Positions 49,001 to 56,989 of a stretch of DNA of 64,000 nucleotides are shown here, in pieces. How positions within the stretch are numbered: the first letter of the stretch is position 1; the number at the start of each line of letters is the position of its first letter. The position numbers were made by a program, and so were the translations under genes. Source of the DNA: Myxococcota bacterium (lineage in GTDB: Bacteria > Myxococcota_C > UBA6777); contig JAKLKB010000005.1 of assembly GCA_023150835.1 (NCBI GenBank), positions 1 through 64,000 on the forward strand, in the 5' to 3' direction. The notes below the pieces were generated by a model. It saw nothing but the letters and a program-made list of their open reading frames with translations. It had not been told where the DNA came from and made no database searches.

Positions 49001-49907
49001 AGCCTCACAAAACCTCGCCGAAACCGCCGTCGGTGAACTCAAGGGCAAACTCTCCTATATGTCCCCCGAACAAGCCGCTGGCTACCCCCTCGACAAGCGC
49101 TCCGACCTCTTCCAAGTCGGCATCATGCTCTACGAGATCCTCACCCTCCAAAAAATGTTCGAAGGAAAGTCCGACCAAACTCTGCTCGCCAAGATCCAAC
49201 GCGGCGACTTCCCACGCCTCCACACCATGCTCCCTCACCTTCCTCCCGTCTTTGAACAAGTCATCATGAAAGCCCTCGCCCTTCAACCCAACGAACGCTA
49301 CCAAAACGCCCATGAACTCGAACAAGATCTCTTGCGCGTTCAGTACGAGATCCAAAGCCCCCCCACTGCCTATGCCCTCGCCCCCTTCGTCGACCAGATC
49401 ATCGAACAGCGCGACGCCCTCCTCGAACAATACGCCCAAGCTCGAAAACAACAAGCCAAACAAACCTTTTCCGTCTGGGACACCCCCAACGAAGCCCCTC
49501 CTCTCGAAGCTCCTCCCCCTTCCAAACACCCACACCCCTCCCCCCGTCCCACTCTACCCGCACCGCGCCGACGCACTTGGATCTACGCTTCCTTTGCGCT
49601 GCTTTTCCTTGTGAGCGCCGGCCTCAGCGCAGCCTACTTTTTCTACGCCGTCCCTCCGCCCGAAGGCATCCTCTCCGTCTCCACCGTCCCCCCCGGTGCC
49701 ACCGTCCGCCTCGACGGCGACATCCTCGGCCAAAGTCCCGTTGAAGAAAAACGAATCCCCTTCGATAAAGATACGCACGTACTTCAGATCCAAAAGGACG
49801 GCTTTGAGATCGAAACCAAAACTTTTCAGTTCTCCGACCCCAACACTCCCGTCCAAATCGCCGTCCTCCTCCAACGCAAGAAACACAAAAAGCCACCCAC
49901 CCGATAA
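46095..49907 (+). CDS. Tandem pseudokinase-kinase Ser/Thr protein kinase with TM helix and PEGA domain
   Basis: N-domain HGGLTPQN/DTG (degenerate); C-domain VAVK, HRDVTPHN, DFG, YMSPEQ; TM; VSTVPPGATVRLDG PEGA; ATGA overlap with the FHA gene. Confidence 0.92.
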   Translation: MTQISYQLTQKLREGEAYSTYRGTAYLPDGSQRSVVIKLLQPRLASDGVLISHLTGFLDALRSLIHSSLAPIWDFGRAGDLFFLIREYIPGVSLEQLFGLAQQNKASISPALALYLARDIAQAIHLIHKHRVPGDQPIFLFHGGLTPQNIILTRIGDVVITDTGLDVIFWRDDLIVNALRQRKQPYHPPEYLVGQRPLRRGDTYSVAALLYQMLVGLPPQQAAQQWGHAQHFVPPSSQSQRATPELDQLLQHALFPQVEQRLVQVELLLDALKSPSLIRQKHLDRREAMEYIEVLVREETTDPPALQEPLLFGYPFHIESLLPQRDDLPPPHKRYRPPRFEDTDAFHPLQEADTERYHPHLVEGRDLPTNPALRPAPLSVTPLPRQTSSLGSALFVSPDALGQPTATPRTISSPAQTLDESIDIAAPLDPFQQEENTHSGLSSPSNVAPPPHTPYIAPDEDTDYHQGTAIAPVPLLPTPITAPTSASASTTPTAPTSAPQAESDSNEEIQELGSYEDSDEYDSNEEIQELGSYEDSDEYDSTNHHSADTAKDAPRSGQSTEGTVALSIEDVAGYEGDTLYRKNANPLVPPQIAEATTSRTAPLPPSPHATTTQTAPLPTTSPSSSSPPVPSPSPSSSLRPVPSPPPSSSLHPVPSPSSEPIETLEPLEDEDEEEEPSESTVTVPLHQVHGIIAAQKAAQIPSVPTDPFHSATPQASVAPTITPMPPPSPAAFALHSAAASSTPIKPPIPDIPLPPHLLAGAPKKQSSDPQPTQHFEPPEPPSDLASAVRPGQAILEQLEEGQERFGKFVLLGRVALGGMAEVFRAKLKQPDGSEHIVAVKRILPEFSGDANFIQMFKDEARIAGALLHPNIVQIYELGEVDGIYFISMEYIDGIDLARVIKIRRALNMPISPELAIVIGVGVCRALFYAHEEKDANGEPLNMIHRDVTPHNVLISRSGDVKLTDFGIAKASQNLAETAVGELKGKLSYMSPEQAAGYPLDKRSDLFQVGIMLYEILTLQKMFEGKSDQTLLAKIQRGDFPRLHTMLPHLPPVFEQVIMKALALQPNERYQNAHELEQDLLRVQYEIQSPPTAYALAPFVDQIIEQRDALLEQYAQARKQQAKQTFSVWDTPNEAPPLEAPPPSKHPHPSPRPTLPAPRRRTWIYASFALLFLVSAGLSAAYFFYAVPPPEGILSVSTVPPGATVRLDGDILGQSPVEEKRIPFDKDTHVLQIQKDGFEIETKTFQFSDPNTPVQIAVLLQRKKHKKPPTR

Positions 49908-50041
49908 CCCTCCTTGTTCCTTGCGTTCGTACCGTTATGTTTTTTGTGTGATGTTTCTTGAGTCGTCTTGTATATCCCGCAAAGGTGAACAGACCGAAAC
50001 CCTTGGTTGCGACCCTTTGTCCTTTCTGTGAGGCAACGTCT

Positions 50042-50704
50042 ATGGACCGTAAAACGGAAATCTCTCTAATCCACCGCATCCAACAACACGGCTGCGTCAC
50101 TTCCTATACACAACTCCTCACCGAACTCAAACTCTATCGCGATGTGTATCACTTTGTACGGCGATATCTCCCCAACCCCTCCGATGCCGAAGAAGTCACC
50201 CAAGAAACCATGTTCCGCGCCTTCCACAACATCCAAGGCTTTGATTGCGAACGCGGACGCTTTCGCGCTTGGGTCTTTGGCATCGCCGTCCACCAAGCCT
50301 ACGACCGACTCAACGAACGCAAGCACCGTAGCCTCTTCGAGATCGAAGACCTCCCCCTCCGTCACCGCTCCCCCGAAGAGATGCTCCAGATCGTCGAGAT
50401 GGAAGAAGCTCTCGTCGCCGCCGTCGAACTCCTTGGCGAACGCTACCGCCGCATCCTCGTGATGTATTACGTCGATGGACTCTCTCACAAAGAAATCGCC
50501 GAAGCCGAAAACATCACTCCCAACAACGCAGGCACGTTGCTCAATCGCGCAAAAGACCGATGCCTCCAGCTTTATGAAGAGCAACTCGCCCAACAACGCG
50601 GCTTCGCTCGATTTCCCGAACGCCCCTCCCAAGCCACCCAAGCGTTCGCGGATATCTTGGCTTCGCTCAATCAAAAATTTCTGCATTATCTCAGCCATCG
50701 CTGA
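50042..50704 (+). CDS. ECF (sigma-70 family) RNA polymerase sigma factor
   Basis: DAEEVTQETMFRAF, FRAWVFGIA (region 2); GLSHKEIAEAENIT..LNRAK (region 4). Confidence 0.92.
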   Translation: MDRKTEISLIHRIQQHGCVTSYTQLLTELKLYRDVYHFVRRYLPNPSDAEEVTQETMFRAFHNIQGFDCERGRFRAWVFGIAVHQAYDRLNERKHRSLFEIEDLPLRHRSPEEMLQIVEMEEALVAAVELLGERYRRILVMYYVDGLSHKEIAEAENITPNNAGTLLNRAKDRCLQLYEEQLAQQRGFARFPERPSQATQAFADILASLNQKFLHYLSHR

Positions 50705-50779
50705 TCTTCTTGCGACCCACCGCGAGACGCTCGCTCGCATCGATGATCGCATGGCTGTCAACAAACGGCGTCGATAGCT

Positions 50780-52621
50780 ATGGCAGAAACAAAGGCCCCT
50801 TCTTCACACGGTACAAATATGCGATGCGCTGACGTCGACACCGCCTTCCGTCCATCCGATTGCGCGCCCTCCCCGCATCTTCTAGCGCACATTCGCGATT
50901 GCAAAACCTGCCAACAAAAACACACGCACCTCTTGCTCCTCAACGCCCATCGCTCCGAGCCTTTGATGGCCCCCGGCGAATCCGACTTTCTCGCTCGGCT
51001 TCACAAACTCGGTGAAGCCCAAAACGACGCGATCCAACGCTCTCAAACCCTCCATCAATCCGTCCTCGACGGCGACCGCTTCTTTTGGCAAGGCGATTAC
51101 GACAAAGCCACCCAAATCTACCGCGATGCCCTCATGATCGTCAAAGACGACCAAGGCCGTGTCGCTCTCCTCAACAAGATATCCCGCGCACAAAGCCACC
51201 GCCACCACACCAAACAAGCCATCTCCCTCCTCCAAGATGCCCTCGCCACTCTCCGCGAACCCCTCCCTCCCCGCCGATTTCGTACCCTCGTCACCTTGTG
51301 GCAAAGCCTTTGCGTCGCCTTTTTGCTCCTCACACAACAACTCCGACGCCTACGCAAAAACAAAACCGACTCCTCCACCCGCTACGGCGATCGCAGCCGC
51401 TCCGCCCAACACATCTACCGCGAACTCTCCATCCTCTCCCAAGGTTACGACAAAACACTCTGCCGTTGGGCCTTGATCCAAGAGATCCGTTGGGCCTTGC
51501 GTCTCCAACAACCTCTCGAACTGGTCGTCGCATGGGGCCGCCTCGCCGTCTTTTCCACCCAACACCACATCCATGCTTTCGCGCATTTTTGCACCCGACA
51601 GATCGATCTCCACACACCCGAAAACGACACCATCACCCAAGCCGCTGCTGACTTTTATCTCGGTCGGATCGCCTATCTGCGCGAAGAATGGGAAGATGCA
51701 CGCATCCACCTCGAACGCTGCGTCGAACGCTGTCGCGATGCCCGTGATGCTTGCCTGCGCGAAGCCTCCCTTCAACACCTGATCCGCGTCTACCGCAACG
51801 ACGGCAACTTTGCCAACGCCGTCCGTGTCGCAGGTCAACTCCTCAGCCTTTACCACAAACTCGGCAATCTTTCCCGACTCTCCGCATGTTGCCGACACTT
51901 CTCTCTGATCTACCTCGCCTACGGCGATCTCCGACGCGCCCGTCTCTGGGCCTTCAAAGCTCTTGATGTCGCCAACCAGCCCGAGATCCAACAAGACGAC
52001 CGTATCCTCTCGCAGATCCGTTGCTATGTCTTGCTTGCTGACCTCGAATTCCGCAGCAGCCGCAAAGACAACGCTCGCCGCTTCCTCGGCGAAGCCATCC
52101 GACTCCAACGCCTTCATCGCCAGCCCTTTGCTTATATCCGCGATGGCATCGAGCTTTTGCGCCTCATCCTCGGCGAAACCCAACGCAGACACAAACTCCC
52201 CCTCTCCCAACGCCTCTTCCGCGCCATCGCCTCCCGCGTCGCCATCTGGCGCGGTGATGCCACCCGCGCTCTCGCCCTCCAACAAGCCCCTCGCATCCGC
52301 ACACAAGAACACGCCGTCCCCGAAGAGATCGCCTACCTCTACCAAGAATACACGGGCGACGAACGACAACCCGGTCTGCGCGAAGCCATCCCCGCTTCCA
52401 CCTTCGCTCGCGCTTTTCTACTCAACGAGATCCCCATCCTCCCCTCCCCCGAAAAACGCATCGACTCCGAAACGCTCGCCGCCATCTTCCCCGTCGGTGC
52501 GGTCTCTTCGCGCTGGGGACGCGGTACCCTCGCCAACGAGATCACCGGCCACACCACCACCCAATTCTCCAACGCCGTCGAAGCTCCTTGGGGATACTTC
52601 TTTGCCGATGACATCGGTTAG
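50780..52621 (+). CDS. Putative anti-sigma factor: zf-HC2-like HxxxCxxC fused to TPR-like repeats
   Basis: HIRDCKTC near the N-terminus; repeated TPR-like helices (GDRFFWQGDYDKA, LGRIAYLREEWEDA, DGNFANA, YGDLRRA). Confidence 0.75.
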   Translation: MAETKAPSSHGTNMRCADVDTAFRPSDCAPSPHLLAHIRDCKTCQQKHTHLLLLNAHRSEPLMAPGESDFLARLHKLGEAQNDAIQRSQTLHQSVLDGDRFFWQGDYDKATQIYRDALMIVKDDQGRVALLNKISRAQSHRHHTKQAISLLQDALATLREPLPPRRFRTLVTLWQSLCVAFLLLTQQLRRLRKNKTDSSTRYGDRSRSAQHIYRELSILSQGYDKTLCRWALIQEIRWALRLQQPLELVVAWGRLAVFSTQHHIHAFAHFCTRQIDLHTPENDTITQAAADFYLGRIAYLREEWEDARIHLERCVERCRDARDACLREASLQHLIRVYRNDGNFANAVRVAGQLLSLYHKLGNLSRLSACCRHFSLIYLAYGDLRRARLWAFKALDVANQPEIQQDDRILSQIRCYVLLADLEFRSSRKDNARRFLGEAIRLQRLHRQPFAYIRDGIELLRLILGETQRRHKLPLSQRLFRAIASRVAIWRGDATRALALQQAPRIRTQEHAVPEEIAYLYQEYTGDERQPGLREAIPASTFARAFLLNEIPILPSPEKRIDSETLAAIFPVGAVSSRWGRGTLANEITGHTTTQFSNAVEAPWGYFFADDIG

Positions 52622-52636
52622 CCAACAAACCCTAGA

Positions 52637-52942
52637 CCTACCACCCAAAAAACCTCTCATCACCTTCTTTTGGCACCACCCACCACCCAAAAAACCTCTC
52701 ATCACCTTCTTTTGGCACTCCCTACCACCCAAAAAACCTCTCATCACCTTCTTTTGGCACTCCCTACCACCCAAAAAACCTCTCATCACCTTCTTTTGGC
52801 ACTCCCTACCACCCAAACCAACCTCCCATCACCTTCTTTTGGCACTCCCTACCACCCAAACCAACCTCTCATCACCTTCTTTTGGCACTCCCTACCACCC
52901 AAAAAACCTCTCATCACCTTCTTTTGGCACTCCCTACCACCC
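52637..52942. repeat. 42/43-bp tandem repeat array, 7 copies plus a partial copy
   Basis: Unit cctaccacccaaaaaacctctcatcaccttcttttggcactc starting at 52637, 52679, 52721, 52763, 52805, 52848, 52891, 52933. Confidence 0.95.
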
Positions 52943-53077
52943 CTCAACTCGTCGTCGGCTTTTTTTGGAACCACCCAACATCGCTCAAAAATCCCCACCT
53001 ATTCAGTCTCTCCGCCTGTTCCCCTTCACAGCATACACACGCAGCAACCCCCGCCTTTCCGATCGGAACGCTCGGCG

Positions 53078-53752
53078 TTATTGCTGCCACAAAAACTTGG
53101 CCGCGTGCGAGCCACAGCAAAAGACATACGCGCTCCCTCCCCCAAAATTCATCGAGGTCTCGTACCTTGGCCCCTCCTCCAATTGGGCAATGAACGCCAT
53201 CCCTTTCCCACACGTCGGACACTCCGGGTCGTCGGCACTTTGTAACCAAGACGGCTGCCCGAACATCTGCCCTACGACTTTGCGACGCGCCACTTTATGC
53301 GCGTCCGCCCACGATTGACGGGCTGGATCGTAAACATCACCATCCTCATCCGCTTGGGCCTCCCAATCCACCATCTCCACACCGTACACATCCGACCGCA
53401 ACAACGGCGTCCCGCTTCCACCCACCTGTGGAGGCTCCCAGATCTTCCAACTATTCCCCACAACCACCATCGCCTTGTTTGCGCCTTGTTCGGCGTCCCA
53501 CGTCTCGCATGTATCCGCAGAACACATAAACAACAGCACCAACCGATCCAGCCGCTCCCCTTTTTCTGGAGCCAGCACCAACTGCCCCAAAAATTGCATC
53601 GGCTCTTTGCACTCCCGACAACACGGCCACACGGGCGTCGCTGCACGCGGAATCAACGGCCTACCCCCAAAACGACTCGCCAACGCCGTCTCTTGCGGAG
53701 CCTCTTTTGCTACCATCAAATGCACTGTACTTTTTTTGTTTTCCATCACCAT
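53078..53752 (-). CDS. YwqG/DUF1963-like protein with two CxxC motifs
   Basis: SRFGGRP, WPCCREC..PMQFLGQL, FGQPSWLQ..CPTC..MAFIAQL, NFGGGSAYVF; GGAGG RBS. Confidence 0.78.
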   Translation of the reverse strand: MVMENKKSTVHLMVAKEAPQETALASRFGGRPLIPRAATPVWPCCRECKEPMQFLGQLVLAPEKGERLDRLVLLFMCSADTCETWDAEQGANKAMVVVGNSWKIWEPPQVGGSGTPLLRSDVYGVEMVDWEAQADEDGDVYDPARQSWADAHKVARRKVVGQMFGQPSWLQSADDPECPTCGKGMAFIAQLEEGPRYETSMNFGGGSAYVFCCGSHAAKFLWQQ

Positions 53753-54068
53753 GCCTCCATGCTTTGAGCCACGTCGGCATCTTGCCCTAATTTTTCATCC
53801 ACGCAAAGTCTCCTCTTCATCTCTCTCCACACCGCCTCCTAAAAATTTCGTAATTTCCGTCCTTTCCGCTCTTTCTGCGCCTTGACTGCTCCTTGTTACC
53901 TCGATCTTCTTGGCGGCGTTGAAGCTTCCCAAACCTTCCGTGTTTTCCGTGTTTTCCGTGGACTCGTTTTGGTCTTGACAGCAACCAGCGCGGCGGCTAA
54001 GGTGTCCAACCCATCGAATCCTTGCGAAATCCTCCCGAAGAAACAAGACCCACGAAAAAAAGCGGAGC

Positions 54069-56594
54069 ATGATCATGGCAGAAGAGCAATATCGACCTCA
54101 CGATATCGAACAACGTTGGCAAGACTACTGGGAAAACCACAAAACATTCCGCGTGGTCGAAGACCCCACCAAGCCCAAATACTACGTCCTTGATATGTTC
54201 CCCTATCCATCGGGCGCAGGCTTGCACGTCGGCCATCCCGAAGGCTACACCGCAACAGATATCCTTTGTCGATACAAACGGATGCGTGGTTTCAACGTCT
54301 TGCATCCGATGGGATGGGACGCCTTTGGCCTCCCCGCAGAACGCTACGCCATGCGCACAGGCATCCATCCCGCTATCACCACACGCAAAAACATCGACAC
54401 CTTCCGCCGCCAGATCAAACGCTTGGGCTTTTCCTATGATTGGGATCGCGAAGTCGACACCACCGATCCCAACTACTACCAGTTCACCCAATGGATCTTC
54501 CTCAAGCTTTATGAACAAGGACTCGCTTATCAAGCCGAAGTCCCCGTCAATTGGTGTCCTGCCCAAGGCACCGTCCTCGCCAATGAAGAAGTCAAAGATG
54601 GCGTCTATGTCGAAACGGGCGATCCCGTCGAACGCCGCGTCATGAAACAATGGATGCTCAAGATCACCGCCTACGCACAACGCTTGCTTGATGACCTCGA
54701 CGAACTTGATTGGCCCGAAGGCATCAAAGCCATGCAACGCCATTGGATCGGTCGTTCCGAAGGGGCCGAAGTCGACTTCCGCGTCGCCGAAACCAACGAC
54801 ACCTTCCGTATCTTTACCACCCGCCCCGATACCCTCTACGGCGCAACGTATTGTGTACTCGCTCCCGAACACCCGCTGATCGCCAAGATCACACAACCCC
54901 ACCAACGCGATCAAGTCGAACAATACGTCCACACCGCTCGCAACAAACCTGACCGCGAACGCATCGACGAAGGCCGCCAAAAAACAGGCATCTGGACAGG
55001 CGCACACGCCATCAATCCCGTCAATGGACAGCCTATCCCCATCTACATCGCCGATTATGTCTTGATGCACTACGGCACAGGCGCGATCATGGCCGTCCCT
55101 GCGCACGATCAGCGCGATTGGGAATTCGCCAAAACCTACAACCTCCCCATCCTCGAAGTGGTCCAAGGTGGCGATATCACCACCGCTGCTTACGAAGGCG
55201 ACGGCTCCCACGTCAACAGCGACCTGATCGACGGACTCCACATCGACGATGCAAAACGCCGTATCATCGACTGGATCGAAGCACAAGGCTTGGGAACAGG
55301 CACCATCACCTATCGCCTCCGTGACTGGCTGTTTTCTCGACAACGTTATTGGGGCGAACCCTTCCCGATCTTGCACCTTGCCGACGGCACCATCAAGCCT
55401 ATGCCCTCGCAAGATCTGCCCTTGCTCTTGCCCGAACTCGAAGATTACCGACCCACCGAAGATGGACGACCACCCCTCGCACGCGCCCAAGAATGGGTCC
55501 GAACCCTCGATCCCGAAACAGGCATGGCCGCCGAACGCGAAACCAACACCATGCCCCAATGGGCCGGCTCTTGCTGGTATTACCTCCGTTATCTCGATCC
55601 CCACAACACCGAACTCCCCTTTGCTCCCGAAAAAGAACGCTATTGGATGCCTGTCGACCTCTACGTCGGCGGCGCTGAACACGCTGTCCTTCACCTCCTC
55701 TATTCGCGCTTTTGGCACAAAGTCCTCTTCGATTGTGGTCTCGTCTCCACCAAAGAGCCTTTCCAAAAACTCTTTAACCAAGGCATGATCCTCGCCTACA
55801 GCTACCAAAACCAAGCAGGCAAGTACTTTTCCCCCGAAGAAGCCACCGAAGAAGCCGGCAAGTGGTTCACCCGCGACACCCACGAACCCCTTCACACCCA
55901 GATCGAAAAGATGTCCAAGTCCCGCTACAACGTCGTGAACCCCGACGATGTGATCGCACACTACGGTGCAGACGCCATGCGCGCTTACGAGATGTTTATG
56001 GGCCCCCTCGATCAAGACAAACCTTGGAGCGACCAAGGGATGCAAGGCGTCTTTCGCTTTCTCGCCCGTGTCTGGCGGCTCTTTGTCAAAGATGGCTCCC
56101 TCCAACACAACCTCGACAACACGTATCCCTCTCCCGAAATCCAAAAGCTCCTCCACAAAACCATCAAAAAAGTCGGCGAAGATATCGAGTCCTTCAAATT
56201 CAACACCGCCATCGCCGCCCTCATGGAACTCACCAACGCTTGCTACAAACACGACGCTCTTCCCCGCGATCTGATCGAACAATTCACCCTGCTACTCTCC
56301 CCGATATGCCCCCACATCGCCGAAGAGATCTGGAGCCTCCTCGGTCATCCACACTCCCTCGCTTATGAGCCTTGGCCCTCCTACGATCCCGCCCTTGTTG
56401 TCGATGAAACCATCACCATTGTTGTCCAAGTCAACGGGAAACTCCGCGCCAAAATCGATGTCCCCCACGATATCGCTCCCGCTTCCCTCGAAAACCTCGC
56501 ACGCAACGATCCAAAGATCCTCGCCCTTCTCGAAGGCAAACCTCCCCGCAAAGTCATCGTTGTCCCGGGACGCCTCGTCAACATCGTCCTCTAA
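54069..56594 (+). CDS. leuS: Leucine--tRNA ligase
   Basis: [21 protein letters not shown] editing domain, [25 protein letters not shown]. Confidence 0.98.
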   Translation: MIMAEEQYRPHDIEQRWQDYWENHKTFRVVEDPTKPKYYVLDMFPYPSGAGLHVGHPEGYTATDILCRYKRMRGFNVLHPMGWDAFGLPAERYAMRTGIHPAITTRKNIDTFRRQIKRLGFSYDWDREVDTTDPNYYQFTQWIFLKLYEQGLAYQAEVPVNWCPAQGTVLANEEVKDGVYVETGDPVERRVMKQWMLKITAYAQRLLDDLDELDWPEGIKAMQRHWIGRSEGAEVDFRVAETNDTFRIFTTRPDTLYGATYCVLAPEHPLIAKITQPHQRDQVEQYVHTARNKPDRERIDEGRQKTGIWTGAHAINPVNGQPIPIYIADYVLMHYGTGAIMAVPAHDQRDWEFAKTYNLPILEVVQGGDITTAAYEGDGSHVNSDLIDGLHIDDAKRRIIDWIEAQGLGTGTITYRLRDWLFSRQRYWGEPFPILHLADGTIKPMPSQDLPLLLPELEDYRPTEDGRPPLARAQEWVRTLDPETGMAAERETNTMPQWAGSCWYYLRYLDPHNTELPFAPEKERYWMPVDLYVGGAEHAVLHLLYSRFWHKVLFDCGLVSTKEPFQKLFNQGMILAYSYQNQAGKYFSPEEATEEAGKWFTRDTHEPLHTQIEKMSKSRYNVVNPDDVIAHYGADAMRAYEMFMGPLDQDKPWSDQGMQGVFRFLARVWRLFVKDGSLQHNLDNTYPSPEIQKLLHKTIKKVGEDIESFKFNTAIAALMELTNACYKHDALPRDLIEQFTLLLSPICPHIAEEIWSLLGHPHSLAYEPWPSYDPALVVDETITIVVQVNGKLRAKIDVPHDIAPASLENLARNDPKILALLEGKPPRKVIVVPGRLVNIVL

Positions 56595-56790
56595 CGCCTC
56601 GCAAACAGCCCAACCATTGCACCAAATCCAAGGTGCCTCGTCGAGTCCTTTAACGCCTCCTCTCGTCATCCTCCGCCCAAAAAAATTCTTGCTCTCCAAC
56701 CCAAAAGTAGCGATACTCTCGCTTTTGTGCGTATCAACACCGACACACACAACCAAACGCACCACGCACCTGTCGAGATCGAAGAAAAAA

Positions 56791-56951
56791 GGAGTCACGC
56801 AGTTGAAAAAACCCGTGTTCGCGGCACTTCAAGCGAGAGAGTCGCTGGGTTGAAAACCTGTGCTCTGTTCGCCGATACGGGGTCAAGGGGCGACAGTCCC
56901 TTGCGGGGTGTGGTGCCGCGCCCCACAAAAACAGCCCAACTGCGTCACTCC
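56791..56951 (-). mobile_element. MITE-like element: family C-type TIRs enclosing family A core (copy 6)
   Basis: ggagtcacgcagttg / caactgcgtcactcc (14/15 match) flanking the family A core at 56806-56926. Confidence 0.8.
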
Positions 56952-56989
56952 CACCAAAAAAACTCAAGCAGCAAAGCGGGTACGGCTGT

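Noticed and set aside
52637-52942. CRISPR array
   Set aside because: Units are contiguous with no unique spacers, and there are no cas genes in the window
53997-56282. 761-aa antisense ORF and similar long shadow ORFs (e.g. 6573-8123, 38006-39361, 51963-53318)
   Set aside because: They overlap well-supported genes, lack motifs, and are expected from codon bias at this GC content
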